A stretch of 64,000 bases of DNA from Tubulanus polymorphus (taxonomy: Eukaryota; Animalia; Nemertea). The notes under the pieces were generated by a model, which did not search any database, was not told where the DNA came from, and saw only the letters and a list, made by a program, of their open reading frames with translations. Of this stretch, positions 1-14,100 are shown piece after piece. The DNA lies in contig NC_134026.1 of NCBI RefSeq assembly GCF_964204645.1, forward strand, positions 28,802,150 through 28,866,149, given 5' to 3'. The translations under genes and the position numbers were made by a program. The stretch's first letter is position 1, and each line of letters opens with the position of its first letter.

Positions 1-3000
1 TGAACTCAGTACGTACTTTGATAAAGTTTGCTTAAACAATGTGAAGACGATCAACCGGTACAACAATGATGTGACAAAATAGACGAGTTATAAATGAGAT
101 AAGATACTGCTTGAATCTGCAAGCATGCGAAAAAGCGTCCAAAGAGTGATGGTGGCACCAAACTAATTATTGGCTATATTAGAGGTCATTTATATCTACG
201 GACCATTACGAAGCTTATGCGCTTGTGAGATGTGGACAAAATGGAAGCTGGACCGTCGTTCAGTATTGTAAGACGACACACATGGGAAATCTGGACGCTT
301 AATATCATAACGCATTGGAATATTTTTACAAGGTTATGTCACTAGTCACCAGTGATTTACAACTCACGATTAGTGGAATTGCAGATAACGCCGCGTTGAG
401 ATGTTTCGGTTTTATTATCAGGATTTAAAAATCTTATTTCGTTGTAATCAATACAGTCTAGTGTAACAGAATCGTTACGACGTTGTGACTCTGTAAATAG
501 AAATAGTTAATTTCCAATTTGAATCATACGTTACGTAATTCATTTTGCAATGTTTAATCAGTTTCCCGTAATACGCAGGTAAATTTACTAGGTACAGTTT
601 GCAGAACGTCTATAAGTGACGACCGGGATTCCGGTGAAAAAACGGCGGGGTATGTTTTGCATGTTTTCGCTCGTTCCGTGTCCAAATACAATGATAGATT
701 GATTCAATAAAAATACGTCGCTTGAAGTTGCACGTTCGGTGAAACTCGATTTGATGACTTCAACACGAGACAAGAAATATCAGGCCGAGTTTCTTTACGT
801 GTCGTCAACGTGTCTCTAACGCGTAGTCACATTTCTTTCCGCAGAAATTTATATTTGATCAAACGATCAAACGTCAGCTACTGGATTTCATATGCATGAA
901 CAATGTTCGCATAAACCAGGCGACTCTTACAGCAGCGCTGAGGCTTATACAACAACATCCCTCACTCGTCAGGGTATTTACTTTACAGTTTCGCTTATGA
1001 GGGACGTGGTCGTCGACTTAACCGACTCGTATTTCCAGTGGCCCTGGGGGATACAAACACACAAAGTTCATCAATATTAGTTGCTGGACATTGCCCATAT
1101 GTCATGAGTGGGAAAAATCGTGAAAATACTGACATCTTGGATGCATCGGGATCTGTATTACGCAGCAGCGGGACGTCATTTACTTTTATTACGAATTTTC
1201 CTAGCTATCAATATCAAAGCCACTAGCCGGTCCGCAAGAACCTAACCTGCATGAAGAAAAAAAGACATTCAAAAATAAGAAAATAGGGGTGAGCACTGAT
1301 ATAGCTCAACGATGCCGAGCTTTCTGAAACTTGAGTTTACCGTGGTGTGTACGAATTTCTAGTTACGAGGAAAAGAATAACGCGTTTAACGCGTGACTAG
1401 CGGTTCGTACAGACGATCGCATCTCTCGATCTAATCCTCGCGATTCAATTGATTCCAGTGTGATTTATGGCCAAACTCTGGATACGTTTTGTTTAAACTC
1501 GTGGTCATATATAGGTAACCCATTCACCATCGGATTAATCAATCTTCGTCAAATGGAAACAGCACTTTTAATCTAATGAAGTTCGCTACTTTTACCTAGA
1601 CGACGATATAAAGCAAGTGAATTGTGGAAAAATAGACTGCTGTTTGCAATTCACTGGATATCTAATCGTGGTTGGAAATTTAATTTGGGAACAATTCTAA
1701 TTTTCTTGCATCGCATAAAACTAGCAATTTACATCGGCGTATGCGAGTGTTGAAAATAATTACTTTTTTCAACAGGCTCCTAAATTTCCGCCGTGGATTT
1801 TTAATAATGAAGTTAAAAGGTCTGCGATGGAAAGTTGCGTAGCGATAGAATCACGTGGTTACTGTGTGTCGCTCCAGACTGCGGCGGCTACTGTGGCACT
1901 ATAAGTAACATCGTAATGGATAAATGATCAATAACAGCGAGATGAAGAGAACGAATATTCTTCGACAAACGCCAATGATGCGATAGAATTTGAAAGGATC
2001 CTTGTTCTTCAAAGATTAAAGATATGCACGCAATACCGTACGTTGATCGGACGCCGGCCTGTAGGGAACTCTTTACAGAATTTCATTAAGGACAAGGGAA
2101 TAAAGTTATAGCCTGGGTAAGTCAATTAAGCAGTTGGAATGTTCTATAAAACGAGGTTCTACGACGTTTTATATGATAGTAATCCAATTATTTGGACAGT
2201 AAGAAAAAACATGTTGTCAGCAGATCAGGTCAAGGTTGTCTCATTTTTCGCAGACAGACAACGTAAATCGTATTAGTAAATGATTTACTGGCAGTAACCG
2301 AACATCATCTGTCGGGATTAGTAATTATTACAAACTCGCTATATTTGTGTCTTCTGTCAAGTTGTAAGAATTAGAAATTTACATCTTTTGAAAGTCAGGC
2401 CGTACGAATGTCAACACATATTGGATGTCATTTACAAGCTGCTCACTGAAGTAAGAAGCCAAGGTCGACAGCCATTTCAACGTTCAATATGACGTATGAG
2501 TAATGTCCGTGCATCTCCTATAGAATCGTCCATTTTGTACATTTCGCTCCAGAATTGTGTATCTAAATACATATACTTCTCAATTTGTGTAAAAAAGCAT
2601 TGTTTAAGTATGTAAAGATACGTCGAATTCGATGTTGTTGTGATGTTATAGTCACGAACACAGTGCGCTGGCGCAATCAAACGAATTTCCTTCGTATTCT
2701 GCGTGACGAAATCGCGTTCGTTGTCGATGTAATTAACGAAGAAACGTCATTAAGTGTGAAACGTCAGGAGTGACTTGCCGTGACGGCAATATTTCTAAAA
2801 CATTTCCAAATAATTTGCAACTGTTGCTTTTGTAGTACATCCAATAATATTTGAAATTGAAATTAATCGACATTTTCTTTCTTGAAATTTCACTTGCTAT
2901 CTATACTTCATTCTAAGAAATATAGCACCGCGGTGTTTAACACATAATTAAAGATGTCAATAGCTGGGTCGTCACAAGTCGATTCAAGTAATTGATGTGT

Positions 3001-6000
3001 TTATCGTGCGTATCGTCTATATTTCAGGTGTATTACTTTTCAATTACTTATATACATTAACTTTGAATGAAAAAGTGAACAATTTCATGAATATTGATCC
3101 CGAGCTAGATGCAAATGCCGATTAAAAAGGAAGAAAGACGCACGAAATACCGTTAACTAGTAAAAAGTGATTTCTTTGATCAATAAATTGTTATTACGGA
3201 AAATAATACTCGATCAATCTCTGCCCCGATTAAAACGGTAACGGCCATCGGCGGAAACCTGATTCCTGGAAACGTAGGAATACAGGTTTACATCACAGCC
3301 ACAAACAACATCGTTGTGTATAATCATGCCTTTGATTTATTTCTCGTAATCTTCAGCCCAATCGATTCACATGTGAAATATGGCGTAACACCGACTGGAG
3401 GAAGTTGTTTGGAAAAAAACTCGAATCGCTGATATAGAAAATGGAAATTAAAATTTTTCAGTTTTCTCTAAAGAATCAATCCATAATTAAGACATTGATT
3501 TGATGTTAAATGCGAAGCGGGGCACATATCATCATATTAACAATCGAATCCTCTGGGAATTCTTAAGCAAATGAAATGCAAACGAAAGTGATTTAATCGT
3601 AGAGATACGTGACTTAATTTCGAAATATTTGAAGAAGCTGTAAAGTATCTTTGTCAATATTGACTCAAACGCAAGTCAGTATTCTTTATGTAAATGGATG
3701 GTTGAGGTATCAGATTTTATTATCATTCTAAAAGCGCTGCCTCGCTGTCCTTGATATGTACATAAATGAAAACTCCTCTATCTAATGATAATTCCAATTC
3801 TCTCACCTCGCTTCGTCTTGCATAAACCACCATTACAACACAGCTTCAGGATTGTCCTCTTTTGTAATAGAAAACACTGAATATCACTCAAGCTAAACAC
3901 AGCAGCAACGCCTTCTAATATTTCGTCCGTTGTCAAAGGTAACATCAATGTTCTACTGTGTGTATATGTATATATCTACCATGTTCCCTATCAGCAATGT
4001 AAATGAAGTGACATTTCGTGTAAATACAATTGTTTGTTTCTTTTTGCCTTTTCATAGGAAATTCCTAGAAAATGCATAGCAACATTGTCGAAACCATCGT
4101 GTTCCGTGAAACCTGACAATAAACATGAGATTCCATGGTCTTTGTTTTACGTAAATTACAACTCATGGATTGTAATATGAATAAAAATACGCTACCAGAA
4201 ATTGTGGAAGAATGTGGGCAGACACATTCTAGACGTGTTTCGTTGTTTTTGCTTTACTACATTTATTACATCCCGAGGAAGTTCTATGAGAGGATTCATC
4301 AATAGGGCATCACGTTTTAGGATGTTCAGTTTGAAGTCTGCCTGCTCCAGTCCTGAAAATCTCTCGTCTTTATTGCTGACATCAAAGAAGATATCAATCG
4401 GCTTAATGCAACGCATGTGTGAAATGCTAATGAATACATTGGAATAAAGGAAGAATTACGTTACATTCTCATTAACTTTAAAAATGCTCCTTTTGCACTG
4501 GGAATAGTGCATCTTAGGAAAATTCATGCGAAAAAACATGTAACTCTGATTAATGAGAAGGGTACTCCGCGGGTTCCAAAAGAGAATGGCGTGGAAGTTC
4601 GAACTTCGGCAAAGTTGCCATAGAGACAGCATTGCAGGGTGAAGGTCGTGCTCCTCGTGCACGGGCGAAGAACTTTGCCCCATTTACAATTGAAGAGCCT
4701 GGTGAACGCGAGAAAAATATAACCTTCAAGGAATAGAGATGTCTTCAACTGATGGATGGATTATTAGATGGTTTGTCGCGTAAATTATCAGATTATGTAA
4801 CACTCTGTTGCAGGGTGTGGACAATATTAAGTGTCACACTCTGTTACAGGTTGTGACATCGCCTGTACAATTCAACCGCAATAGAATTATGAATTGCTCT
4901 AAGCATAAATTCAATCTTGCTGACAAAAGCCCATCTAGAGTCTGCGGTGCTATGTGAAGGATGAAGAAATATGAGACGGAAAATAAAATTTGTGTAGTTT
5001 ATCATCGCATGGTTCAGTACACTCAATTGAGTCGAATGTTGTCTTGTTTAGTATGATTTATTCGCGTATTTAGCTTATTGTCACCTGTAGGTTTTATTCG
5101 CGTCGCTGCCACTGTTAGAATACGTATCACCATGTTTAGTGCTCCCTGAGGTCTGGACTTTGCTCCATTTCACAATTAGTCATATCTACACTATACTCGA
5201 TTCTTTTTCATCTATTTACATATCGGTTTCTCCGCACACAAATCAACGCAGCAATCATTTTTATATCATGCCCAGCTTGATCACTATTTGAACAAAATCA
5301 AATGAGTCTATTGAATGATACAGCATTTTTGCGTCTTTTTTCTCAAATAAAAGTTGATGTGGTGTGAACGGTGGAATTTATTGCGTGGATTATTATGGCA
5401 TTGGTTTCGGTGCTAATTCCTGAAAGATGGTAATCGCGATAACCGCTACCTGAGGGGTAAAAAGACTCATGTTCTTAGATCTTCCAGTTTGTGTTTAATG
5501 TCGAGGAAAATAGTAATGCTAGATTGCTCGCGATAGAAACCTGAGATGATTAATAGCCATTGGGACGGCGAGGGTTACAGATCGTGAAAACGGTTCCGAT
5601 TTTATCGCACGAAGACGAAAAGATGTCGGCTATCTATGGACACCGACACGCGTTTAGAAAAGACGTATTCCACACTTTGAGATGATTAACGATGATGATC
5701 CACAAGTCGCTAATGGTGGCAAGATAACTAATCGAGTGATCATTAATGACCTACGAGGCCAGATAGTTGCCCTTGTTATGCTGTAAACCTGTCGAAATAT
5801 AGTTACTCATTAATTCACTTGTGTCCAATTCCTCTGTATTCTGAGAATGATATGTATCATCATGGACTGATGGTATAATTAGTAATATAACGACATGGAA
5901 ATCAGGGCATGGACTGTAAATACAATAGCTCAGATGGATAGCATGTCTCAATTTTTGTTTTGCTTTTTTATTTACAGATGCAGTGGATAGTGACGTTTTA

Positions 6001-6132
6001 TCCAATATATGGCTGCAGGTTGTTGGCGTTTGTTCCGGAAAGTAATTGAGCCTTTGTGCGTCCGGGAATACAGGTATATACAACCACCTAATTGAATAGA
6101 TTGATACGTCGTGCGACCTTGACGCAGAGAAT

Positions 6133-7392
6133 ATGACGTCACTTGCTGATCTTTTAAAACAAAATAGTTCCGGAGGATTAAGGTTTAACTTCAGCGATGA
6201 AACAGCGATAGGAATATTTCTAGAAATGGACCAGCACCGACACTGGTTTGATAGAACCACAGAAATATTGCTAATTCTTGCTTATACTCTTTTGATAGTA
6301 TTTGGAGCCTCCGGTAATGGATTAGTGTGTTTTGTGGTGGCCAGAAATCCTCATATGCGGACACCGAGAAATATATTCATCATAAATCTTGCAATATCTG
6401 ATCTGACACTTTGTTTGTTTACACAGCCTTTTAATTTGGTAAAACTGCTTTTCAAAGAATGGGCACTAGGTGTATTTATGTGCAAGTTTGTGTCCATGGC
6501 GCAGGGGACAAATGTTTTCGTTTCGACGATTAGCATCACAGCCATTGCCTTAGATCGCTTCCAAGTAATCGTTTACCCGACTAAGGATAACATGAAGAAA
6601 GTCGGCGCCGCGGTTGCGTTAATTTGCATATGGTGGATTTCCCTCCTGATGGCCAGCCCATTACTGATATTCAGCCAAGTAGTACCATTTCCACCAAACA
6701 CTGGTCAAATAAAGCTCTACGATGTTTGTATCGAGAATCTAGACTTATCGTACGCAAAAGGATCGTATTCGATCGCTTCAATGATCGTTCAATACATCGT
6801 CCCGATCCTCATAGTTTCGATCGCGCATGCAAAAATTTGCAATAAACTCAAATACAGAATGGTTAGTTCGCAGATGTCCGGATCGTTGACGTCACCGAAT
6901 GCCATTCGAAAAAAAGAACGCGAAGCAAGACGCAAAAGAAGAACGAATATTCTTCTTTTAACGATAGCACTCGTGTTTGTATTGAGCTGGCTGCCAATTA
7001 ACATATTGAACATCTTATTGGAATACAAGCCCGATACTTATCGCTACTTGGATTCTAAACTTATGTTCGCTATCTGCCATCTTCTCGTTTTAAGCTCGGC
7101 GTGTACAAACCCTGTCGTTTACGGATGGTTGAATGAAAACTTCAGGAAGGAATTTGTCAGCGTATTATGTTGTTCATGTTGCCGGAGGCTTCAAAGGATG
7201 CTTAAATCGCGCGATTCGCCCGATCGTCGAGAAAATCGACAACAGGAACCACAACGTACGTGTAACAACCCGGGACCTCGTATGACTGATGTAGCTTATA
7301 CTTCGGCAAACACCAACGGTGCATCTTTGGTCGTTGTACTAGATAAACCAGCTCCCCTCGAAACTCAATCAGAAATCTGTCAGCCTGAATAA
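6133..7392 (+). CDS. Neuropeptide F/Y receptor-like class A GPCR (single coding exon, 419 aa)
   Basis: Seven hydrophobic segments with GN (TM1), NLAISD (TM2), DRF (TM3), SWLP (TM6) and NPVVY (TM7). The motifs MRTPRNIFIINLAISDL, VSTISITAIALDRFQVIVYP and SSACTNPVVYGWLNENFRKEF resemble protostome NPF receptors. A Cys cluster follows helix 8. A probable 5'UTR acceptor (tttttatttacag) ends at 5978. Confidence 0.9.
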   Translation: MTSLADLLKQNSSGGLRFNFSDETAIGIFLEMDQHRHWFDRTTEILLILAYTLLIVFGASGNGLVCFVVARNPHMRTPRNIFIINLAISDLTLCLFTQPFNLVKLLFKEWALGVFMCKFVSMAQGTNVFVSTISITAIALDRFQVIVYPTKDNMKKVGAAVALICIWWISLLMASPLLIFSQVVPFPPNTGQIKLYDVCIENLDLSYAKGSYSIASMIVQYIVPILIVSIAHAKICNKLKYRMVSSQMSGSLTSPNAIRKKEREARRKRRTNILLLTIALVFVLSWLPINILNILLEYKPDTYRYLDSKLMFAICHLLVLSSACTNPVVYGWLNENFRKEFVSVLCCSCCRRLQRMLKSRDSPDRRENRQQEPQRTCNNPGPRMTDVAYTSANTNGASLVVVLDKPAPLETQSEICQPE

Positions 7393-9581
7393 CGCCCCGG
7401 AGAACTGAAAATTAACATCATTCTTACACGTGATTCGTAAGCGTATTCCGATGGAAAAGTTAACAGCATGATGATGTTTTGTCTGACTACATGCGGGATA
7501 TTCGATAGTTACAATTTCTCTTTCAGTACCAAGCTTCAAAATAGCAAACGATACGATTCGAGAAATTCCAAAGCATTTCATTTTTGCGATGAAATTTTGC
7601 GTTACGTAAATAAACTGTAGAATCGAATCTACTTCAAGTCTCTATCAGTTAGGCACAGTTGGAAACGAATGGATTTTGAAATCGTTTTTAGAAATCTGTA
7701 ATCGTTTAATATGAATTTTTATTTCAAATCTTTAAAGAAATAGATAATAGTCTCTCTTTGGCAAATGTCTATTTTTACGTGCCAATACGTGAGGTTAGTC
7801 TTTGTAAGAGCAAAAGCGAAGAAACAAAACATATTCATAAGAAAGTGATTTGTTTATAGGTTTCGATTGCATCGAAGATGTGTAAATATCAATTTATGTA
7901 GAATGCGCAGGAGCCAAGAGTAAACATAAGTTCATAGAAGGTGAAAATGATAGAATTATTCATACTGATCGAACGATTGCAGATATCAAAAATCAATAGA
8001 ACTCCGGCTTAACCTTTAGATGAACCTTGAAATTGAATTATCATCTTGATCAACGCGCTGTGAGTTGTTAATCGCAGCTGGACAGATTCGAAGCTATTCA
8101 AAATTTATCGAAGATTGAGAGTACCGAGTATCTAACGTATTTATCATAGAATTAGCCAATTTATAGCCCAACTCCCGCTGGTCCTTCAAGTCATGCTCGC
8201 TCCCTATAATGCTGTGTAACTGACGAATACGTAGCTTCAAACAGGAAAAAAGATTTATGGATTATTCGTAAATTCGTTTGATCTCGACCTGGAATATTCA
8301 TTAAATTTCCTCATCACGCATGGCTTGTTTAGATCTACTTCATTAATTTAAGTGGGATTCAGTGTAATCTAACCTATATACATATGCATCGGCTTGTTTG
8401 AACTTGGCTTCAATGGGTCATTCCCCAGTTACAGACTCGTTCATCATGAATATTTGAAACAAAATTTTTAGTGTTATACCTGATCCGATTAGAAACCTTA
8501 ATTCAAACATACCGGTGTCTCGTCGAGATCTTGAGTGCTGAATATGTGCGGTCGGCCTAAATACGTATGTGACTTGTGTCTGGGTTTGGCGAATAGGGGT
8601 TTGTCATCATTATGAACAATTGTTATATATCAAGAATTCGTACGTGATAGGACTGATATAGACTTAGATTGACTATTAATACATCAAATGCTATATGGAT
8701 GAATAATGTACTTGATTTATTGTTATGATGATGGATGAACGAATATTGTTAAAGTTTCTTGAAGAATAAATTTCATCGATTTGGCATTAATATGTATCAT
8801 TAATTTAGTTGATGAGCCTTGACAGCAGTGAATTCCCAGTATGGGCACGCGATGTTCCAAGTTTGGAAAAATGAACGATGCGATGCCATCAGCAATGAAA
8901 TATTGCTTTCGATATGGCCACATCGTCTTCCCAATTTCTCATTAAATCTTAAAAATCGTCCATTGCTATACGCGTATACACGGACAATGGACAGCCGCGT
9001 ACTAACCACTCACTTCGTAGCATATGTCACGAATCTTTCGTAAGTGATGCTGCAAATGGCAATACAGTGGACAGGTAACATGATGGGCTGCCTCGTGCAA
9101 GCCCATTCTAATGAGAGAGTATTATATGAATCGGTAGTGCCGTTCCAGTGACTGGAAATACTTCATGACGTTGATAGAGGCAGGGAGGGAGGGAGGCAGG
9201 CAGGGAAGCCTCTTCGAGGATGAAAAAAAAGAGAATTACTTCTAGGAGATTTATAGAAGAGGAAAGCATACACGTACCAACCAAACAAGCACTTTTTCTA
9301 TTCGATGAGCAGCGTTATTCATGTACCTGAGTGCGTTTTATCATAATCTGCTCGCACTTTCTCCTATTAAGCTCCTAGGTGCGGAAATATGAACGGCTTA
9401 ACTACTACCTTTTAGCGCTTCCGGGTACGCGTATTTCCGAAGACATTTAGCAATCTCAAGATTATCTTAAAAATTCGGTCTTTGAATATGTAACTTCTAC
9501 TTATGGCTTCTACTTAATATGTAATTTCCACTTATGGCCAGAGTGGTCATTTCTATCGCACTTGGTAAAAGTGGTAATCTA

Positions 9582-9705
9582 AAGCCGCGATCTCACGAAG
9601 AGGATTTGGCCCGGTTCAAATTGAGCCAAATACACCAGGTGTGAACGGTTGGTACGTGCCTAATCTGGCACGAGTGAAAAACGCCTGTGTGATAGATCGC
9701 GGCTT
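9582..9705. mobile_element. Short MITE-like element (possibly PIF/Harbinger-derived)
   Basis: Terminal inverted repeats aagccgcgatct ... agatcgcggctt about 124 bp apart. Flanks read TAA/TAG if the element is trimmed by one base per side, an imperfect TWA duplication. Confidence 0.4.
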
Positions 9706-11126
9706 AGGAACCAGAACTAAAAGAACAAAATAAATCTTTTCGACCTGTGAATTTCAACTGAAAACTAGTTACAACGTAAAGCTATCATTAGCCTTTGACA
9801 ATCACGAGCGATTTGTGTTTGCGTGTTCCAAATTTGATCACGGAGATTAACTGGAAAAGGTGGAGTTCTTATAACGAAGAGTTCTTTGAAAAAATATCGG
9901 ATACTAATCCTTAATAAATCAGCCAGAAGAACCTCTTGTACTGAAGTATTGACTTATCCTTCGTCATCGTCAATGATTAATCGATAGTATACCAGTTACA
10001 CTATGAACATAAGAGGATTTCCGGCTTTACTTTAAAAATTCCCCACGTTCATATTTGATTTAACATGATAAATTGGTATCAAATGTGTGCACATTCCACG
10101 CATTCAATTCATCATTTTAAGCTTAAGATCAACGTTTTTAAATGCGATTTCCCAAATGATTTAGAATCGAATTAAAAACGCTTCTTTTGAAGCTAATAGA
10201 TCTTGCGTTAATGTAAATATTTCTTCGAGGTTTAATGCGAGAGCTCGAGTGTGCGGGGTTAGGGAGTGGAACTATTGAATCAGATAGATGTCACCTGAGT
10301 AGACTCGGTCAATAATTGGACGATGGAGAATTACGTATAACTAAAAGTCTTTTGCCGAAGAACCAAAATTACTGTATACTACATTATTAGATGTTGGCCA
10401 TGTAGTGCTTAAGATATATATATGATGTCCTTATCGTAAGATTTCACTTCTTAAACACCACGGAACCTAGATAAGTTTGCACAAAGCATTTTGTTACTTC
10501 GTTAGGCCTGTGATATTCAACGAGACTTAACATGGACTTAAGATTTATCTGTGTCCTTTTGAACAATATATGTCTAAAGAAAATAAAGGAAAAATAAAGG
10601 AGTACTAATTATTCTATAGAACACAGTCAGTCTACGATCTGATCGGCTTATGTTGATTCTGCCGGAAATTAATTACCGTGGCTCATCAGCCCTGAGGAAA
10701 TGAAATTAATACTTTCTTGAAATTTGATATCTCGTCTCTGTAAACTTGTGGCGTGCTCTAGGGACATCATTCGGCTATTTCTAAAAGCTATGGAACGTTG
10801 GTCTTAGCAATACCTAGAACGGTAAGTAAGTATATCAAATTGATAAAGGGATGATATTTTCCGTAAAGTAGTATGTGTCTGAGGTTCAACTGAATATTCT
10901 AACGTTTATGTATGGTTTAACAAACCTTCAATTATTTTTCGCTGTAATTTGTTTCAATGAGAATATCGTTTATTACGATGTCGTAGTAGAATATGCCACT
11001 TAAGAGCTGGGTTACAGTAGATATTTGTCATTAAACACTTCTCCCTATATCAAACCTCGCAGCAATCCGATCATCTTACAAATTCGTTTATCAATATCAA
11101 AACTATTCTGTATAGGATCTTTAATC

Positions 11127-14100
11127 ATGTCGTGGCTGATACGGAGCCGAAAGGCAAACCAAGTTTGCCCTAGCTCTAACGGCAGTGGTGCAAGTATACT
11201 ATCATCGGCCAGTTCTATGACTCCATCACAACTTGATGCAACTATATTAGACATGCTCAATGTATCCCATGACACCGGCAGATTTGTTAACATTTGCGAA
11301 GGTATGTTCTTTTTGCGTTAATACTCATTGAATCTTGTAAGTCACATAACCTAATTTTACATGTGAGTAAAAGATAATTCAAAACGCTTGAACCGTACCG
11401 TCAGGCACAGACATTAAGTTGTATGGGCCAAGATGTTCTAGAATGCTTTGGCTGGAGAAAAACTTGGTTCTTAATCTGAATTAATTCGTGTTGACTTTGT
11501 AGGTAATCCCCTGACAAGTAAAGGAAAAAGGATCCAGCTAATGAAAATGATAATGATTGCTATGGTTCCACTTGCTATATTGCTGGGTCTGACAGCTAAT
11601 GTATTTGCCGAAATGATTCTGAATCACAATCAGATTCAAGGGCTACGAAATGTTGTATATTTCAGTACGGAGGTTGGACACGTGCTCAATCAGGTTCAAA
11701 GAGAGCGTGATATGAGCGCCTTATACGTTAGCGTTATAGGACAAGAGGGAGGGGCTGAATCTAAGGCTCTATTGATGAAACAGTATCCAACTACCGATAT
11801 AGCTGTAGTTAATTTATCATACTGGCCCGCGGACGCTGTCCTGATTAAACGAAAATCTGAATTTCAAACAAGGGAAATGTTTCAAAACTATATCAACTTG
11901 CATAGATATAGTTTAGATTCATCAAATTCAACACTGACAGACGAATTGTCGTTTTATTCGGAAATTGTCAACGTCTTTCTCGAATGGCTTATCAAATCTG
12001 TCACCGAGGTCCCAGCCGGAAAACTATGGCAACACGTCGTCGCTTACTTTGAGATTCTCCAGTCAAAGGACAACTTCGGAATGGAGCGTGGGCTGGGTAC
12101 TATCTTTTTCACACAAGGCTACTTTGATCGTTTAGAGGACTATCTCAGCTTCTTAGAAAATCAAGATCAAGCAAATACAACTTTCGGATCAGCTCGTTAT
12201 TTCTCGCCACTCGTTGATAAATTCTACGAGCATGTCATCGCAAACAATGCAACTTTCAACTTATTGATTCAAACAATGAGAGCAGAAGTGCGAAGCAATA
12301 ACGCGTCGGAGGTCGGATCCATCGAAAGAGGGAAGTTTTGGCACGAGCTTATGTCTTTGTACTTGCAACATCTGCAAGAGACCCAAATGCAGCTTGGTAA
12401 TAGTATTCTGAGTTTACTAGATGCAGAACTGCAAGAAGATGAAATCAAGATGGCCATTATAGCGTCGATTTTCGCCCTTGTGATTATCATGTGTCCCATC
12501 ATTCTAAATGCAGTGTACGCACTGACTAGCGCCATTCAGAGTTATTCTCTAACATTGGCGGCCAGGTAAGTAACAGATTATATCTTCGTTTATATATTTG
12601 ATCAGTTAATTCATTTCTGAACAACGTCTTTTAAGGACCAAAGCTTTGAATCGAGAAAAAAGGCGCACAGATACACTTCTTTATCAGATGTTACCGAAAC
12701 AAGTGGCGGATCAGTTGAAACGGAATGAAATCGTCGACGCCGAAATCTATTCGGAAGTAACGATCTTCTTTTCTGATATTGTCGGCTTTACAGAAATCTC
12801 CGCGCGATGTTCTCCAATTCAGGTGCTAAACACAAAGAAATATAAATGGTTATAGATTGCTTACATTGAATCGTTAGTGATGATAATCTACATGTTTACA
12901 GGTGGTTAATATGCTCAACAGTTTATACACGTGTTTTGATCGAAGAATCGCTTTATATGATGTTTATAAGGTAGAAACAATTGGTGACGCATACATGGTT
13001 GTTTCAGGTAAAACCGTTGATCTTGTGGCATTTGAATTAAGTCGCTATTCATCCTTCATTGACTGTATTGCTCTTCTGATTTCAGGTTTACCGAACAGAA
13101 ATGGCCAGCAACATTCAACGGAAATTGCTACTATGGCGCTTGATCTTTTAGATCATATCAACCTGCTCGAAATACCGCATTTACCGGGGACGATCTTCCG
13201 TTTAAGAATCGGCTGTCATATGGGTAGATGTTCTTTGTTGAACCTATTCTTAATTACTTGGAGTATGGGTCTTTTGAATAAAAAATGGAAGGGCGAAGCG
13301 GAAAAAATAAAAAATGGTTTTATAGTCATTTAATGCAAGAGAACAGGGGAAAATAGGATTAAAGTTTTTACTAGTATTCGATTATTTTCGGAAGAAATTG
13401 TGGAAGGACTGCAGAAGAAAAGTAAACGTTTGCAAATTATAAGAACGATATACAAGAAAAATCTTTTTGAAAGCATTATGACGGAGGATTGGTTAAAAAT
13501 GTTTTTGGTGTCACACTGTCGTTTCGTTACGTATTGAACTGATAACTGTATGATATTGCAGGACCAGTTATCACGGGAGTGGTTGGTAAAAAGATGCCCA
13601 GATATTGTCTGTTTGGTGAAACTGTCAGTATTGCCTCAAAAATGGAAGCGCTCGGAAAACGTAAGTTCGATGTGAAACCTCAAAATCCACTCTGACTCCA
13701 GGTAATAGATATAATTCTACGCTTTTATTTTGTTGCAGCGTGTCAGGTCCATCTAAGTGAAAGTAGTTACCTGGCGCTCAATGCTGTTGGAGGATTCGTG
13801 ATGGTCAAACGTGAAGAAAACGTAGTGAAGGTAATCTTGATGATTAATGATTAAATTAAAGAGTTTTTTGAAAAACAAGACGAATACGTAGTTATTAAGT
13901 TAGCGTAACACCTTTCGCTTCTTATGCGTAGTAGCTGCGCATTGAGTGATTTTATGCTAAGATATTCACAGATTTACATATTGTTTGTTTTAAGGGTGAC
14001 CCGGTATTGGAAGATGCGTGGAGAGGTGAACAAGTGACGTACTGGTTGATGGATAGACAGGGAATGGCACGCAAACATGTACCTTCTTACAGCGACGATG

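Noticed and set aside
5751-6260. 169-aa minus-strand ORF and other ORFs overlapping the GPCR, NIT-GC and SULT exons
   Set aside because: Shadow frames of real genes with no recognisable motifs.
11503-12565. Bacterial contamination or recent horizontal transfer as the source of the NIT exon
   Set aside because: The exon is embedded in spliceosomal gene structures shared by both paralogs, has host-like composition, and NIT-GCs are known from other animals.
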